Source: Escherichia coli
GTDB lineage: Bacteria > Pseudomonadota > Gammaproteobacteria > Enterobacterales > Enterobacteriaceae
Strand: one strand, 5' to 3'
Assembly: GCF_036507355.1 (NCBI RefSeq)
Contig: NZ_AP027877.1
DNA length: 64,000 bases
Every line of letters starts with the position of its first letter. Position 1 is the first letter of the stretch. The notes beneath the pieces are model-generated. The model saw only the letters and a list, made by a program, of their open reading frames with translations, was not told the origin of the DNA and made no database searches. The position numbers and the translations under genes were made by a program. Positions 48,603 through 63,522 of this stretch are shown here, in pieces.

Positions 48603-49613
48603 ATGACGACGATGCTGGAAGTGGCGAAGCGCGCCGGGGTTTCAAAAGCGACCGTTTCCCGCGTGCTTTCAGGTAATGGCTACGTCAGCCAGGAGACTAA
48701 AGATCGCGTGTTTCAGGCGGTAGAAGAGAGCGGTTACCGCCCAAACTTGCTGGCGCGCAATCTGTCGGCGAAGAGTACTCAGACGCTGGGGCTGGTAGTG
48801 ACCAACACGCTTTACCACGGCATTTATTTTAGTGAATTACTCTTTCATGCCGCGCGAATGGCGGAAGAGAAAGGGCGGCAGTTGCTATTGGCAGATGGTA
48901 AACACAGCGCCGAAGAAGAGCGCCAGGCGATTCAGTATCTGCTGGATTTGCGCTGCGACGCCATTATGATTTACCCGCGTTTTTTAAGCGTGGATGAGAT
49001 CGATGACATCATTGACGCGCACAGTCAGCCGATAATGGTGCTTAATCGCCGCCTGCGCAAAAACAGCAGCCATAGCGTCTGGTGCGATCATAAACAGACC
49101 AGTTTTAACGCCGTGGCAGAGTTGATAAACGCCGGGCATCAGGAGATTGCTTTCCTTACCGGCTCGATGGATTCCCCCACCAGCATTGAACGTCTTGCCG
49201 GGTATAAAGACGCGCTGGCGCAGCATGGTATTGCGCTCAATGAAAAACTTATCGCTAACGGTAAATGGACGCCCGCCAGCGGGGCCGAAGGGGTAGAAAC
49301 GTTGCTCGAACGTGGGGCTAAATTTAGCGCGTTAGTTGCCAGTAACGACGATATGGCGATAGGTGCGATGAAAGCGTTACACGAGCGCGGCGTAGCGGTG
49401 CCAGAGCAGGTGTCAGTTATCGGATTCGATGATATCGCAATTGCCCCCTATATCGTTCCAGCGCTCTCCAGCGTAAAAATTCCGGTGACTGAGATGATTC
49501 AGGAAATTATTGGACGGCTGATTTTTATGCTCGATGGCGGGGATTTCTCACCGCCGAAAACCTTCAGCGGAAAACTGATCTGCCGCGACTCACTCATTGC
49601 TCTTTCGCGATAA
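48603..49613 (+). CDS. ascG: LacI-family repressor of the asc operon
   Basis: ORF 48561..49613; start at internal MTTMLEVAKRAGVSKATVSRVL (336 aa). Confidence 0.92.
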   Translation: MTTMLEVAKRAGVSKATVSRVLSGNGYVSQETKDRVFQAVEESGYRPNLLARNLSAKSTQTLGLVVTNTLYHGIYFSELLFHAARMAEEKGRQLLLADGKHSAEEERQAIQYLLDLRCDAIMIYPRFLSVDEIDDIIDAHSQPIMVLNRRLRKNSSHSVWCDHKQTSFNAVAELINAGHQEIAFLTGSMDSPTSIERLAGYKDALAQHGIALNEKLIANGKWTPASGAEGVETLLERGAKFSALVASNDDMAIGAMKALHERGVAVPEQVSVIGFDDIAIAPYIVPALSSVKIPVTEMIQEIIGRLIFMLDGGDFSPPKTFSGKLICRDSLIALSR

Positions 49614-49761
49614 ACATTGTCATCACATGTCATCGTCACTAGTGTCGATGACATCTTTTTTCCTGCATTACAGAAATTAATTTCCTTAAATAACAGTGAA
49701 TTAAAAACTGGCATGATTTGTGAGTGTATCGGCGCATTAACTGTCATTGCTGGAGAATTTG

Positions 49762-50289
49762 ATGAACCGTTTCATCATTGCTGACGCGAGTAAATGTATT
49801 GGTTGCCGTACCTGTGAAGTGGCGTGCGTGGTTTCTCATCAGGAAAATCAGGACTGTGCATCGCTGACCCCGGAAACATTTTTACCGCGTATCCATGTCA
49901 TTAAAGGTGTGAACATTTCCACGGCGACAGTTTGCCGTCAGTGTGAAGATGCACCGTGCGCTAACGTCTGCCCGAATGGTGCTATCAGCCGTGATAAAGG
50001 GTTTGTTCATGTGATGCAGGAACGTTGCATTGGTTGCAAAACCTGCGTTGTGGCTTGCCCGTATGGCGCGATGGAAGTGGTGGTACGTCCGGTGATTCGC
50101 AACAGCGGCGCAGGGCTGAATGTACGGGCTGACAAAGCCGAAGCCAATAAATGCGACCTGTGCAACCATCGTGAAGACGGTCCGGCGTGTATGGCGGCTT
50201 GCCCGACTCATGCGCTGATTTGTGTCGATCGTAATAAACTTGAACAACTGAGCGCAGAAAAACGCCGCCGTACGGCGCTGATGTTCTAA
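49762..50289 (+). CDS. hydN: 4Fe-4S ferredoxin-type electron transport protein HydN
   Basis: ORF 49747..50289; start at internal [22 protein letters not shown] (175 aa). Confidence 0.92.
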   Translation: MNRFIIADASKCIGCRTCEVACVVSHQENQDCASLTPETFLPRIHVIKGVNISTATVCRQCEDAPCANVCPNGAISRDKGFVHVMQERCIGCKTCVVACPYGAMEVVVRPVIRNSGAGLNVRADKAEANKCDLCNHREDGPACMAACPTHALICVDRNKLEQLSAEKRRRTALMF

Positions 50290-50441
50290 AAATCTTACAG
50301 AACTGTTCTGGCATCAAAGGAATTCCCGGAAATATTCGTAGAATACGGAGCGGGCGGTATCGCCGACCTGAGACTGCCGGATACGACGCTGTCGTGTCCG
50401 GCAGGGCGGGTTACGCAATTCATGATGGCGGGAATAACTCA

Positions 50442-52694
50442 ATGGCAAAAAACACATCTTGCGGTGTCCAACTGCGTATTCGTGGCAAAGTGCAGGGCGT
50501 CGGTTTTCGTCCGTTTGTCTGGCAACTGGCACAGCAATTAAATCTTCACGGCGATGTCTGTAATGACGGCGATGGCGTAGAAGTCCGGCTGCTGGAAGAC
50601 CCGGAAACGTTTCTTGTTCAATTGCATCAGCACTGTCCGCCACTGGCGCGTATTGATAGCGTCGAGCGTGAGCCGTTTATCTGGTCACAACTGCCCACCG
50701 AGTTCACTATCCGCCAGAGCGCGGGAGGTGCCATGAATACGCAAATTGTCCCGGATGCCGCTACTTGCCCTGCTTGCCTTGCCGAAATGAATACCCCAGG
50801 CGAACGGCGTTATCGTTATCCGTTTATCAACTGTACCCACTGCGGCCCGCGTTTCACCATTATTCGCGCCATGCCTTACGACCGCCCGTTTACCGTAATG
50901 GCGGCGTTTCCGCTGTGTCCAGCCTGTGATAAAGAGTACCGCGACCCGCTCGATCGTCGCTTCCACGCCCAGCCGGTGGCCTGCCCGGAGTGTGGCCCAC
51001 ATCTTGAATGGGTAAGTCATGGTGAACATGCGGAACAAGAGGCGGCATTACAGGCGGCTATCGCACAGTTAAAAATGGGCAACATTGTCGCCATCAAAGG
51101 GATTGGCGGATTTCATCTTGCCTGCGATGCACGTAACAGTAACGCGGTGGCGACACTTCGGGCGCGCAAACATCGCCCGGCGAAACCGCTGGCGGTCATG
51201 TTGCCAGTGGCTGACGGTTTACCAGACGCTGCGCGCCAGTTGCTTACCACGCCCGCCGCGCCGATTGTGCTGGTGGATAAAAAATACGTTCCTGAGCTTT
51301 GTGATGATATCGCCCCTGGCCTTAACGAAGTCGGGGTAATGTTGCCTGCGAACCCGCTCCAGCATTTGCTGTTACAGGAACTGCAATGCCCGCTGGTGAT
51401 GACCTCTGGCAACCTGAGCGGTAAACCACCGGCTATCAGCAACGAACAGGCGCTGGCGGATTTGCAGGGCATTGCCGACGGATTCTTGCTACATAACCGC
51501 GACATCGTGCAGCGGATGGATGATTCAGTGGTGCGCGAAAGCGGCGAAATGCTGCGCCGTTCGCGAGGGTATGTACCGGACGCGCTGTCTTTGCCTCCGG
51601 GCTTTAAAAATGTTCCGCCTGTGCTGTGTCTCGGCGCGGATCTGAAAAATACCTTCTGCCTGGTGCGCGGTGAACAAGCGGTGTTGAGCCAGCATCTGGG
51701 CGATTTAAGTGACGATGGCATCCAGATGCAGTGGCGCGAAGCGTTACGCCTGATGCAAAACATCTACGATTTCACCCCGCAATACGTTGTGCATGACGCA
51801 CATCCTGGCTATGTCTCCAGCCAGTGGGCGCGCGAAATGAATCTGCCGACGCAAACGGTACTGCATCATCATGCCCATGCAGCGGCGTGTCTGGCAGAGC
51901 ATCAGTGGCCGCTGGATGGCGGTGATGTCATTGCTTTGACGCTCGACGGTATCGGTATGGGGGAGAACGGCGCTTTGTGGGGCGGCGAGTGCCTGCGGGT
52001 GAACTATCGCGAATGTGAGCACCTGGGCGGCTTGCCTGCAGTGGCGCTTCCGGGTGGCGATTTGGCGGCGAAGCAGCCGTGGCGTAACCTGCTGGCGCAG
52101 TGCCTGCGCTTTGTGCCGGAGTGGCAGAATTACCCTGAAACGGCAAGTGTGCAACAGCAAAACTGGAGCGTACTGGCGCGGGCCATTGAGCGTGGAATTA
52201 ACGCGCCGCTGGCGTCATCGTGTGGGCGGGTGTTCGATGCAGTGGCGGCGGCACTGGGCTGTGCGCCAGCCACGTTAAGTTATGAAGGTGAAGCGGCTTG
52301 TGCTCTGGAGGCGCTCGCAGCCTCATGCCACGGAGTGACGCATCCGGTGACAATGCCGCTGGTGGACAATCAACTGGATCTCGCCACTTTCTGGCAGCAG
52401 TGGCTGAACTGGCAGGCACCGGTTAATCAACGCGCGTGGGCGTTTCATGATGCGCTGGCGCAGGGTTTTGCCGCGTTGATGCGTGAGCAGGCCACGATGC
52501 GTGGTATCACTACGCTGGTATTTAGCGGCGGGGTTATTCATAACCGTTTGCTGCGTGCACGTCTGGCGCATTATCTCGCTGATTTCACATTGCTCTTTCC
52601 ACAGAGTTTACCGGCGGGTGATGGCGGTTTGTCTCTGGGGCAGGGGGGTATTGCTGCGGCGCGTTGGTTAGCGGGTGAAGTCCAGAACGGATAA
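50442..52694 (+). CDS. hypF: carbamoyltransferase HypF (hydrogenase maturation)
   Basis: ORF 50394..52694; start at internal [25 protein letters not shown] (750 aa); acylphosphatase, two zinc-finger and YrdC/Kae1-like regions. Confidence 0.95.
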   Translation: MAKNTSCGVQLRIRGKVQGVGFRPFVWQLAQQLNLHGDVCNDGDGVEVRLLEDPETFLVQLHQHCPPLARIDSVEREPFIWSQLPTEFTIRQSAGGAMNTQIVPDAATCPACLAEMNTPGERRYRYPFINCTHCGPRFTIIRAMPYDRPFTVMAAFPLCPACDKEYRDPLDRRFHAQPVACPECGPHLEWVSHGEHAEQEAALQAAIAQLKMGNIVAIKGIGGFHLACDARNSNAVATLRARKHRPAKPLAVMLPVADGLPDAARQLLTTPAAPIVLVDKKYVPELCDDIAPGLNEVGVMLPANPLQHLLLQELQCPLVMTSGNLSGKPPAISNEQALADLQGIADGFLLHNRDIVQRMDDSVVRESGEMLRRSRGYVPDALSLPPGFKNVPPVLCLGADLKNTFCLVRGEQAVLSQHLGDLSDDGIQMQWREALRLMQNIYDFTPQYVVHDAHPGYVSSQWAREMNLPTQTVLHHHAHAAACLAEHQWPLDGGDVIALTLDGIGMGENGALWGGECLRVNYRECEHLGGLPAVALPGGDLAAKQPWRNLLAQCLRFVPEWQNYPETASVQQQNWSVLARAIERGINAPLASSCGRVFDAVAAALGCAPATLSYEGEAACALEALAASCHGVTHPVTMPLVDNQLDLATFWQQWLNWQAPVNQRAWAFHDALAQGFAALMREQATMRGITTLVFSGGVIHNRLLRARLAHYLADFTLLFPQSLPAGDGGLSLGQGGIAAARWLAGEVQNG

Positions 52695-52718
52695 AGCGTG
52701 TTGCATTTGGACACCATT

Positions 52719-52799
52719 GCCGGATGCGGCGTAAATGCCTTATCCGGCTTACATATGCGCTCCGCGTAGATCGGATAAGACGCGCCAGCGTCGCATCCG
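52719..52799. repeat. BIME-like pair of REP palindromes between hypF and norW
   Basis: gccggatgcggcgtaaatgccttatccggc and cggataagacgcgccagcgtcgcatccg. Confidence 0.65.
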
Positions 52800-52822
52800 A
52801 CATTTTAGGCACAGTAGCCCAC

Positions 52823-53956
52823 CTACATCGGCAATGTTTTCAACAATCCAAATGCCTCTTTCATCCGATCCTCACTGACCACAAAGGCGCGAAGCTGGTC
52901 AGCATCGTCAACGCCGCGCGCCACCATTCCCTGGCGTTCGGTATTAATTTGCCAGCGTAAATCCTGACGCTGGGTTTCGCCTGCCAGATGCAGCGGTAAT
53001 TCCGGCGTTTTGATTTTCACCAGCATCGCCGGTAGTTTCAGTGGCGTGTTATTGCCGAGAAGATTTTTTGCCAGCACCATCGCGCTAAGTTGAATCGGCT
53101 GCAGGAACGGCAGTACCTGACCGTTAATTTCCGCGCAATCGCCCAGCGCGTAAATATCGGCATTACTGGTTTGCAGATAACTATCGGCGCAAACGCCGCG
53201 ATTAATCGTCAGCCCGGCGCGTCGTGCCAGGGCGGTTTCCGGGCGCAGTCCGGTGGCGGCAATTACCGCATCCACTTCGATACTGCGCTGGCGGTCCAGC
53301 GTTGCCAGAATGCCAGAATCCGTTTTTTCTAGCCCCTGCAACTGAGATTTCAACAGCAGATGAACGCCCATCTCCGTCAACCGATGCTGCAAGCGGCTGC
53401 TTACTTCCGGTGGCATTAACGACGCCAGAATACTGGCAGCGTTGTCGATTAGCGTAACCATTTTGCCTGCACGACAAAAATCCATCGCCAGTTCGCTACC
53501 AATCAAACCACCGCCAACAATCAACACGCGTCGGGCATCCCGCAGTTGCGTTTCACAGGCGCGATACTCTTGCTGACTATTTAACGTCAGCATTAACTCA
53601 CGCCCAGGCACAGGCGGGACAAAGGCACTGGCACCGGTTGCCAGTACTAGCTTGTCGTATTGCCACTGATTATTCTGGCTTTTCACCACACGGGCTTCGG
53701 CATCGATATCCGTCACCCAGGTTTGTGGAAACAGGCGCAGATTAAACTGCTCGGCAAATTCACCCGCCGTCTGGCGGGTAAGGTCATCGGCACGTTGCCC
53801 CTGACTGATAACATGGCTGAGATCAGGTTTGTTGTACTCATCCATGCTGTCGGCGGCAATCAGGGTTAATGGAATAGTTGCGTCCTGTTTGCGAATATTT
53901 TTCACCAGTTGGCGGGCGGCGAAGCCCGAACCAATGATCACAATGCCGTTACTCAT
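52823..53956 (-). CDS. norW: NADH:flavorubredoxin reductase
   Basis: 377-aa [28 protein letters not shown], pyridine nucleotide-disulfide oxidoreductase fold. Confidence 0.95.
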   Translation of the reverse strand: MSNGIVIIGSGFAARQLVKNIRKQDATIPLTLIAADSMDEYNKPDLSHVISQGQRADDLTRQTAGEFAEQFNLRLFPQTWVTDIDAEARVVKSQNNQWQYDKLVLATGASAFVPPVPGRELMLTLNSQQEYRACETQLRDARRVLIVGGGLIGSELAMDFCRAGKMVTLIDNAASILASLMPPEVSSRLQHRLTEMGVHLLLKSQLQGLEKTDSGILATLDRQRSIEVDAVIAATGLRPETALARRAGLTINRGVCADSYLQTSNADIYALGDCAEINGQVLPFLQPIQLSAMVLAKNLLGNNTPLKLPAMLVKIKTPELPLHLAGETQRQDLRWQINTERQGMVARGVDDADQLRAFVVSEDRMKEAFGLLKTLPM

Positions 53957-55392
53957 TTTGCCTCCGATGCCAGTTCTTCAAAGACGTCTTTGCCGAGGGA
54001 GCATTCCGGGCAGAGGAAGTTATCCGGGACTTCACTCCACGGCGTTCTTGGCGCAACGTCCTGCATTGGCTCGCCTTTTGCCGGATCGTAAATCCACTGG
54101 CAGACGCTGCACTGCATCCGTGGGCCGAGGTCAGCCGTCGTGGTGGCAGAGGTTTCTTCTTTAACTACCGCATTCACCGTGCTCTGCGGCAGCGGCGCGA
54201 GCGCCCACTGACGGGCGATTTCGCGACCGTGTTCACGGCATAACTCCAGAGCGTCCTGGTCTGGTCGCCATTTCGCTTTCAGGCTAAGCGACATTTCGAA
54301 ACCCGCATCCTGCAGGCGCGTGGAAAGACGATCCACCGCACCGCCGCTCCAGCCGTGAGATCCGAAAGCACTGGCGCGTTTGTTACGGAAGCGTAATCCG
54401 GTCATCTCCTCCACCAGCCCGGCGATTTTCGGCATCATCACATTATTCATCGTAGAAGTGCCGACCAGCACGCCTTTTGAGCGGAAGACATTGGTCAGGA
54501 TTTCGTTTTTATCGCTTCGGGCGACGTTGAAAATTTTCACCGCCACGCGTGGGTCGGTTTCCGCAATCCCCTGGGCGATAGCGTCAGCCATCATGCGGGT
54601 GTTATTCGACATGGTGTCGTAGAAAATGGTGATTCTGTCTTCCTGATAATCAGCCGCCCATTTCAGGTACAGCTCGACGATTTGCGTCGGGTTATCGCGC
54701 CATACCACGCCGTGAGAGGTCGCTATCATATCGACTGGTAAGTTAAAGCCCAGGATCTCGGTAATTTTCGGCGTTACCAGGCGGCTGAACGGCGTAAGGA
54801 TATTGGCGTAGTAACGCTGGCACTGCTCAAAAAGCTCCGTCTGATCCACTTCATCGTTGAACAGATGCTCGTCGCAGTAGTGCTGACCGAAAGCATCGTT
54901 ACTGAACAGCACCGCGTCGCCTGTCAGGTAAGTCATCATGCTGTCCGGCCAGTGCAGCATTGGTGTTTCGACAAAAATGAGCTGTTTGCCGTTGCCGATA
55001 TCCAGCGTGTCGCCAGTTTTCACCACATTAAAATTCCACTCCGGATGATGGTGATGACCATTTATCGAGTCGATAGCGTTGGCTGTACAGTAGATCGGCG
55101 TATCGGGAATTTGCGCCATCAGTTCGGTCAGCGCCCCGGCGTGGTCCTCTTCAGCATGGTTAATCACGATGTAATCGATATCCGCCAGATCGATTTCATT
55201 ACGCAGGTTCTGCACAAATTCGCGGCTGAATTTATGGTCGACGGTGTCGATCAGCACGTTTTTTTCTTCGCGGATGAGGTAGCTGTTGTAGCTGCTGCCG
55301 CGCAGCGTTTTATATTCCGTGCCGTGAAAATCACGCACTTCCCAGTCACGTTGACCCACCCAATGAATGTTATTTTTCACCACAATAGACAT
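53953..55392 (-). CDS. norV: anaerobic nitric oxide reductase flavorubredoxin
   Basis: 479-aa ORF with metallo-beta-lactamase-like, flavodoxin and C-terminal rubredoxin (CSVCQWIYD ... CPECS) regions. Confidence 0.95.
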   Translation of the reverse strand: MSIVVKNNIHWVGQRDWEVRDFHGTEYKTLRGSSYNSYLIREEKNVLIDTVDHKFSREFVQNLRNEIDLADIDYIVINHAEEDHAGALTELMAQIPDTPIYCTANAIDSINGHHHHPEWNFNVVKTGDTLDIGNGKQLIFVETPMLHWPDSMMTYLTGDAVLFSNDAFGQHYCDEHLFNDEVDQTELFEQCQRYYANILTPFSRLVTPKITEILGFNLPVDMIATSHGVVWRDNPTQIVELYLKWAADYQEDRITIFYDTMSNNTRMMADAIAQGIAETDPRVAVKIFNVARSDKNEILTNVFRSKGVLVGTSTMNNVMMPKIAGLVEEMTGLRFRNKRASAFGSHGWSGGAVDRLSTRLQDAGFEMSLSLKAKWRPDQDALELCREHGREIARQWALAPLPQSTVNAVVKEETSATTTADLGPRMQCSVCQWIYDPAKGEPMQDVAPRTPWSEVPDNFLCPECSLGKDVFEELASEAK

Positions 55393-55440
55393 AGCAACCT
55401 CAATTTATTCAGCGTGTTCTAAAAAGATGTCTTGCTAATT

Positions 55441-55456
55441 GCAGATTGCGTGCCAG
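55441..55456 (-). promoter_or_regulatory. sigma-54 (-24/-12) promoter of norVW
   Basis: Minus strand reads CTGGCAC-GCAAT-CTGC, about 50 nt upstream of norV. Confidence 0.65.
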
Positions 55457-55510
55457 TTTTTTATCTGATTGTTTTTACTCTATAAATAAAATTATGCTCA
55501 TTAATGAGTA

Positions 55511-55566
55511 GTCAAAATGACTATCAATCAAATGGTCGATATGACAATATCTATAGTCAAATTGAC
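55511..55566. promoter_or_regulatory. three NorR enhancer boxes (GT-N7-AC)
   Basis: gtcaaaatgac (55511..55521), gtcgatatgac (55535..55545), gtcaaattgac (55556..55566) in the norR-norV spacer. Confidence 0.7.
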
Positions 55567-55578
55567 AGTGAGGCAAAG

Positions 55579-57093
55579 ATGAGTTTTTCCGTTGATGTGC
55601 TGGCGAATATCGCCATCGAATTGCAGCGTGGGATTGGTCATCAGGATCGTTTTCAGCGCCTGATCACCACGCTGCGTCAGGTGCTGGAGTGCGATGCGTC
55701 TGCGTTGCTACGTTACGACTCGCGGCAGTTTATTCCGCTTGCCATCGACGGGCTGGCGAAGGATGTACTCGGTAGACGCTTTGCGCTGGAAGGTCATCCA
55801 CGGCTGGAAGCGATTGCCCGCGCGGGTGATGTGGTGCGCTTTCCCGCAGACAGCGAATTGCCCGATCCCTATGACGGTTTGATTCCAGGGCAGGAGAGTC
55901 TGAAGGTTCACGCCTGCGTTGGTCTGCCGCTGTTTGCCGGGCAAAACCTGATCGGCGCATTGACGCTCGACGGAATGCAGCCCGATCAGTTCGATGTTTT
56001 CAGCGATGAAGAGTTACGCCTGATTGCCGCGCTGGCGGCGGGAGCGTTAAGCAATGCGTTGCTGATTGAGCAACTGGAAAGCCAGAATATTCTGCCGGGC
56101 GATGCCGCTCCATTTGAAGCGGTGAAACAGACGCAGATGATCGGTCTGTCGCCAGGCATGACGCAACTGAAAAAAGAGATTGAGATTGTGGCGGCGTCCG
56201 ATCTCAACGTCCTGATCAGCGGTGAGACGGGAACCGGTAAGGAGCTGGTGGCGAAAGCGATTCATGAGGCCTCGCCACGGGCGGTGAATCCGCTGGTCTA
56301 TCTCAACTGTGCCGCACTGCCGGAAAGTGTGGCGGAAAGTGAGTTGTTCGGGCATGTGAAAGGAGCGTTTACTGGCGCTATCAGTAACCGCAGTGGGAAG
56401 TTTGAAATGGCGGATAACGGCACGCTGTTTCTCGATGAGATCGGCGAGTTGTCGTTGGCATTGCAGGCCAAGCTGCTGCGGGTGTTGCAGTATGGCGATA
56501 TTCAGCGCGTTGGCGATGACCGCAGTTTGCGGGTCGATGTGCGCGTGCTGGCGGCGACTAACCGCGACTTACGCGAAGAGGTGCTGGCAGGGCGATTTCG
56601 CGCTGACTTGTTCCACCGCCTGAGCGTGTTTCCACTTTCGGTGCCGCCGCTGCGTGAGCGGGGCGATGATGTCATTCTGCTGGCGGGGTATTTCTGCGAG
56701 CAGTGTCGTTTGCGGCTGGGGCTCTCCCGCGTGGTATTAAGTGCCGGAGCGCGAAATTTACTGCAACACTATCGTTTTCCGGGGAACGTGCGCGAACTGG
56801 AACATGCTATTCATCGGGCGGTAGTGCTGGCGAGAGCCACCCGCAACGGCGATGAAGTGATTCTTGAGGCGCAACATTTTGCTTTTCCTGAGGTGACGTT
56901 ACCGCCGCCAGAAGCGGCGGCGGTGCCCGTTGTTAAGCAAAACCTGCGTGAAGCGACAGAAGCGTTCCAGCGTGAAACTATTCGTCAGGCACTGGCACAA
57001 AATCATCACAACTGGGCAGCCTGCGCGCGAATGCTGGAAACCGACGTCGCCAACCTGCATCGGCTGGCGAAACGTCTGGGATTGAAGGATTAA
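55579..57093 (+). CDS. norR: sigma-54-dependent nitric oxide-responsive activator NorR
   Basis: ORF 55504..57093; start at internal [18 protein letters not shown] (504 aa); GAF, AAA+ ([14 protein letters not shown]) and HTH regions. Confidence 0.95.
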   Translation: MSFSVDVLANIAIELQRGIGHQDRFQRLITTLRQVLECDASALLRYDSRQFIPLAIDGLAKDVLGRRFALEGHPRLEAIARAGDVVRFPADSELPDPYDGLIPGQESLKVHACVGLPLFAGQNLIGALTLDGMQPDQFDVFSDEELRLIAALAAGALSNALLIEQLESQNILPGDAAPFEAVKQTQMIGLSPGMTQLKKEIEIVAASDLNVLISGETGTGKELVAKAIHEASPRAVNPLVYLNCAALPESVAESELFGHVKGAFTGAISNRSGKFEMADNGTLFLDEIGELSLALQAKLLRVLQYGDIQRVGDDRSLRVDVRVLAATNRDLREEVLAGRFRADLFHRLSVFPLSVPPLRERGDDVILLAGYFCEQCRLRLGLSRVVLSAGARNLLQHYRFPGNVRELEHAIHRAVVLARATRNGDEVILEAQHFAFPEVTLPPPEAAAVPVVKQNLREATEAFQRETIRQALAQNHHNWAACARMLETDVANLHRLAKRLGLKD

Positions 57094-58055
57094 ATAATCC
57101 CGGCCTGATAGAAATCCTGCAGGTTAATTGCGCCGACGAGTTTGCCGTTTTCATCTACCACCGGTGCGGCAGTGATTTTGCGCTTCATCAGGATCTCTTT
57201 GGCGTCGATGGCGCGGCTTTGTGCCTGTAATGTGGTACCGCCTGTCGTCATCGCTTCATTAACTGGCGTGGTGAGTGCGCCGCCGCCAACCAGCCAGCGA
57301 CGTAAATCGCCGTCGGTAAAGACGCCTTGTGCCTGTTGTTGAGCGTCACATACCGCCACCAGCCCCAGACCGGTGCGGCTGAGTTCCAGCATCGCATCCA
57401 TCACGCTGGCGGTTAACGCTACCTGTGGGATAGCGTCATCACGACGCATCAGATGATGCACTTTATTCAGCAAGCGAGCGCCCAGTGCCCCGGCTGGGTG
57501 GGAGCGGGCAAAATCTTCTTCATTAAATCCGCGCGCCTGCATGACCGCCATCGCCAGCGCGTCACCCATCATCAGGGTATTGACGGTGCTGGAGGTCGGC
57601 GCAAGGTGCATCGGACAGGCTTCGCGTTCTACCGAAATATCCAGCACCGCTTTCGCCGCCAGGCCCAGCGGTGACGTCGGTTTGCCGGTCATCGCCAGCA
57701 GCGCGATAGATTTATCTTCCAGACGCGGAATAATCAGATCCAGTTCCTTCGCGCCACCGGAGTAAGAGATAAACAGCATCACATCGCGGCTTTCAATCAT
57801 CCCCAGATCGCCGTGCAGTGCTTCTGCCGGATGGACAAAAAAAGCCGGTGTGCCGGTACTGGCAAGCGTTGCGGCGATTTTCTTACCAATGTGGCCCGAT
57901 TTGCCAATTCCCGAAACCACCACTTTGCCTTCGCAGTGCAGGATGATATTGGCGGCGCGAACAAAATCATCGCCCAGACGTTCCGGTAAACGGCTTGCTT
58001 CCTGCAATTCCAGCATTAACGTCTGACGTCCCGCGTTCAGTAGTGCTTCACTCAT
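57090..58055 (-). CDS. gutQ: D-arabinose 5-phosphate isomerase
   Basis: 321-aa ORF with SIS and tandem CBS regions. Confidence 0.93.
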   Translation of the reverse strand: MSEALLNAGRQTLMLELQEASRLPERLGDDFVRAANIILHCEGKVVVSGIGKSGHIGKKIAATLASTGTPAFFVHPAEALHGDLGMIESRDVMLFISYSGGAKELDLIIPRLEDKSIALLAMTGKPTSPLGLAAKAVLDISVEREACPMHLAPTSSTVNTLMMGDALAMAVMQARGFNEEDFARSHPAGALGARLLNKVHHLMRRDDAIPQVALTASVMDAMLELSRTGLGLVAVCDAQQQAQGVFTDGDLRRWLVGGGALTTPVNEAMTTGGTTLQAQSRAIDAKEILMKRKITAAPVVDENGKLVGAINLQDFYQAGII

Positions 58056-58821
58056 TGCTCTCTCCGGTTATGATCACATCGATCCCTTTCTCTTCCAGCG
58101 CCTGACGAAACGCCGGATCGATACCTGCGTCGGTAATCAGCTTATCGACGCTTTCAAGACTGCAAACTACATTGGGGCTTTTACGGCCAAACTTTGATGA
58201 GTCAGCCATCAAAATCACTTCGCGCGCGGCATTACACATCGCCTTACTGACGGTATAGACCTCGTTGAAGGTGGTTACGCCCGCATTGAGATCGATGCCG
58301 TCAGTACCCATAAACAATTTATCGAAGGTGAAATGCTCGAAGGCATTCTCTGCCAGCTGCCCGTGAAATGAGGCCGATTTTTTACGAAACGTTCCGCCTG
58401 GCATCAGGATAGTTTGTTCGTTATCCAGTTCAGATAGCGCATTGACGATATGCAGACTGTTGGTCATCACCGTGATGTTATTAAAGTGCGAGAGCAGAGG
58501 CACCATCTGCAAAACGGTGCTGCCAGCATCAAGAATGATCGAATCGCCATCATGGATAAAACTAACGGCAGCTTCTGCAATCAGCTCTTTCTTGTGGGTG
58601 TTGATGAGTGTTTTATGATCGATAGGCGGATCGGATTCCTCTTTATTCAACACCACTCCGCCATAAGTACGAATGACGGTTCCGGCATGTTCCAGAATGA
58701 CCAGATCTTTGCGAATGGTTGTGCCTGTGGTGTCAAAATATTGCGCCAATTCTTCAACCGAGCATTTTCCCTGCTTTTGCAGATACTCCAGAATGGCGGC
58801 TTGACGCTGACGAGGTTTCAT
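58048..58821 (-). CDS. srlR: DeoR-family glucitol operon repressor
   Basis: 257-aa [32 protein letters not shown]. Confidence 0.93.
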   Translation of the reverse strand: MKPRQRQAAILEYLQKQGKCSVEELAQYFDTTGTTIRKDLVILEHAGTVIRTYGGVVLNKEESDPPIDHKTLINTHKKELIAEAAVSFIHDGDSIILDAGSTVLQMVPLLSHFNNITVMTNSLHIVNALSELDNEQTILMPGGTFRKKSASFHGQLAENAFEHFTFDKLFMGTDGIDLNAGVTTFNEVYTVSKAMCNAAREVILMADSSKFGRKSPNVVCSLESVDKLITDAGIDPAFRQALEEKGIDVIITGESNE

Positions 58822-58887
58822 GGGCGTGATTACCTGATTTAGGTTTCAAAATGATAACTTCGCAAGCAAGTAACATTCACAACGAAA

Positions 58888-59247
58888 TTATCCACGTTTC
58901 AGTTTAAGCGCCAATGATAGAGCATTCTGTGATAGTGGATCATGGGGAAAGATCACATCGGGCTGTAAATCACCCGCATGCATACCGGTAATTGCGGGAA
59001 TTTTTTGCGGTCGGGCGAAGACGGTCAGTCCTTTCATAAACAAGGTGTCGACGATGCGCTGCTGATCGTCCAGGGCGATGGCGACCACGACCCGCGGTTT
59101 AAAGCGCCCGCTGGAACGGCCCACGCCAACCCGCCCTTGCTGGCATAGTGTGTCGAAGGCACGGTTAAAACGAGAAATTTGCCAGCCGCCTAAGGCCAGT
59201 TGCGCACACCAGGCGATAACGGCGACAGTGATGAGTGCGGATACCAT
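58888..59247 (-). CDS. gutM: glucitol operon activator
   Basis: 119-aa ORF in conserved position. Confidence 0.9.
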   Translation of the reverse strand: MVSALITVAVIAWCAQLALGGWQISRFNRAFDTLCQQGRVGVGRSSGRFKPRVVVAIALDDQQRIVDTLFMKGLTVFARPQKIPAITGMHAGDLQPDVIFPHDPLSQNALSLALKLKRG

Positions 59248-59281
59248 AACTTTTCCTTAATGTAGTGGCGGAAGTCCTGTA

Positions 59282-59308
59282 TGCCTGATGAGCGTAGCGC
59301 ATCAGGCA
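59282..59308. repeat. REP-like palindrome between gutM and srlD
   Basis: tgcctgatgagcgtagcgcatcaggca. Confidence 0.55.
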
Positions 59309-59352
59309 TTCTATTAGTCTCACGGAGATCCTTAACGGATCTCCGCTGTTGA

Positions 59353-60507
<1,155 letters not shown>

Positions 60508-60517
60508 GTTTCAGCCT

Positions 60518-62055
<1,538 letters not shown>

Positions 62056-62292
62056 TTATTGTTTTATTACCAAACGGCAACCTAATCTAATCAGATTGAA
62101 AGATTTAAAAGTGTTATTTTGATCGCAAAATGAAATATAAATATTTTAATTTGAAAGTTTGAGTAAAAGGATAGCGAGGAGAATGAGTTGAGTTATGTAA
62201 AGTCCGTATCGGGCAGTGACTACCGCTTCCTTGTGCGGGGCGTGATGCTTTACCATACTTGCCCCTGGTTGAATCTGTTAAATGGACCCCTC

Positions 62293-63378
62293 ATGTTCAA
62301 GCGTCGTTATGTAACATTGCTTCCCCTTTTTGTGTTGCTTGCCGCCTGTAGCAGCAAGCCAAAACCTACTGAGACTGAAACGACCACCGGAACGCCGTCT
62401 GGCGGCTTCCTGCTTGAGCCGCAGCACAATGTGATGCAGATGGGCGGCGATTTCGCTAATAACCCGAATGCCCAGCAGTTCATCGACAGAATGGTGAACA
62501 AACACGGTTTCGATCGTCAGCAGTTGCAGGAAATTCTCTCCCAGGCGAAGCGTCTGGATTCGGTACTGCGGCTGATGGATAACCAGGCACCAACCACATC
62601 GGTGAAATCGCCATCAGGTCCGAACGGCGCATGGCTGCGTTATCGCAAAAAATTTATTACGCCGGACAACGTGCAGAACGGTGTGGTTTTCTGGAATCAG
62701 TATGAAGATGCGTTGAATCGCGCGTGGCAGGTGTATGGCGTACCGCCGGAAATTATCGTCGGGATTATCGGCGTTGAAACCCGCTGGGGGCGCGTGATGG
62801 GGAAAACTCGCATCCTCGATGCGCTGGCAACGCTGTCATTTAACTACCCACGCCGCGCGGAGTATTTCTCTGGCGAGCTGGAAACCTTCCTGTTGATGGC
62901 GCGCGACGAGCAGGACGATCCGCTCAATCTGAAAGGTTCCTTTGCCGGGGCGATGGGCTACGGACAGTTTATGCCGTCGTCTTACAAACAATATGCAGTG
63001 GATTTCAGCGGCGATGGGCATATCAACCTGTGGGATCCGGTTGATGCGATCGGTAGCGTGGCGAACTATTTCAAAGCGCACGGCTGGGTGAAAGGCGATC
63101 AGGTCGCGGTAATGGCAAACGGTCAGGCTCCAGGCTTGCCAAATGGCTTCAAAACCAGGTACAGCATTTCGCAGCTTGCCGCGGCAGGTTTAACGCCACA
63201 GCAGCCGCTGGGCAACCATCAACAAGCCAGCCTGCTGCGTCTGGATGTCGGTACCGGTTACCAGTACTGGTACGGTCTGCCGAACTTCTACACCATTACC
63301 CGTTATAACCACAGCACCCATTACGCAATGGCGGTCTGGCAGTTAGGACAAGCCGTGGCGCTGGCGCGCGTGCAGTAA
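62293..63378 (+). CDS. mltB: membrane-bound lytic murein transglycosylase B
   Basis: ORF 62188..63378; start at internal MFKRRYVTLLPLFVLLAACSS (lipoprotein signal, 361 aa). Confidence 0.93.
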   Translation: MFKRRYVTLLPLFVLLAACSSKPKPTETETTTGTPSGGFLLEPQHNVMQMGGDFANNPNAQQFIDRMVNKHGFDRQQLQEILSQAKRLDSVLRLMDNQAPTTSVKSPSGPNGAWLRYRKKFITPDNVQNGVVFWNQYEDALNRAWQVYGVPPEIIVGIIGVETRWGRVMGKTRILDALATLSFNYPRRAEYFSGELETFLLMARDEQDDPLNLKGSFAGAMGYGQFMPSSYKQYAVDFSGDGHINLWDPVDAIGSVANYFKAHGWVKGDQVAVMANGQAPGLPNGFKTRYSISQLAAAGLTPQQPLGNHQQASLLRLDVGTGYQYWYGLPNFYTITRYNHSTHYAMAVWQLGQAVALARVQ

Positions 63379-63522
63379 CTATTTGCAAGAGGGGGGCGTG
63401 AGCTTCCCTCTGGCTAATCAGCTTTTTTCTGAATCCTCCTCGTAAAATTGCAACGCCAACACCATCTTCCTGACGAAAGTGCTATCTTGTCCGGCATAAA
63501 TTTTTGACTGACAGAGGTTGTG

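Noticed and set aside
49680-49761. Possible sigma-54 promoter upstream of hydN (ctggcatgatttgtga)
   Set aside because: The spacing and the -12 element do not fit the GG-N10-GC rule, so it was not called.
59323-59345. Perfect hairpin cggagatcc-ttaa-ggatctccg between srlD and gutM, considered as a terminator
   Set aside because: On the transcribed minus strand it is not followed by a U-run, so it does not look like an intrinsic terminator; it is more likely an intra-operon stem-loop or part of the adjacent REP.
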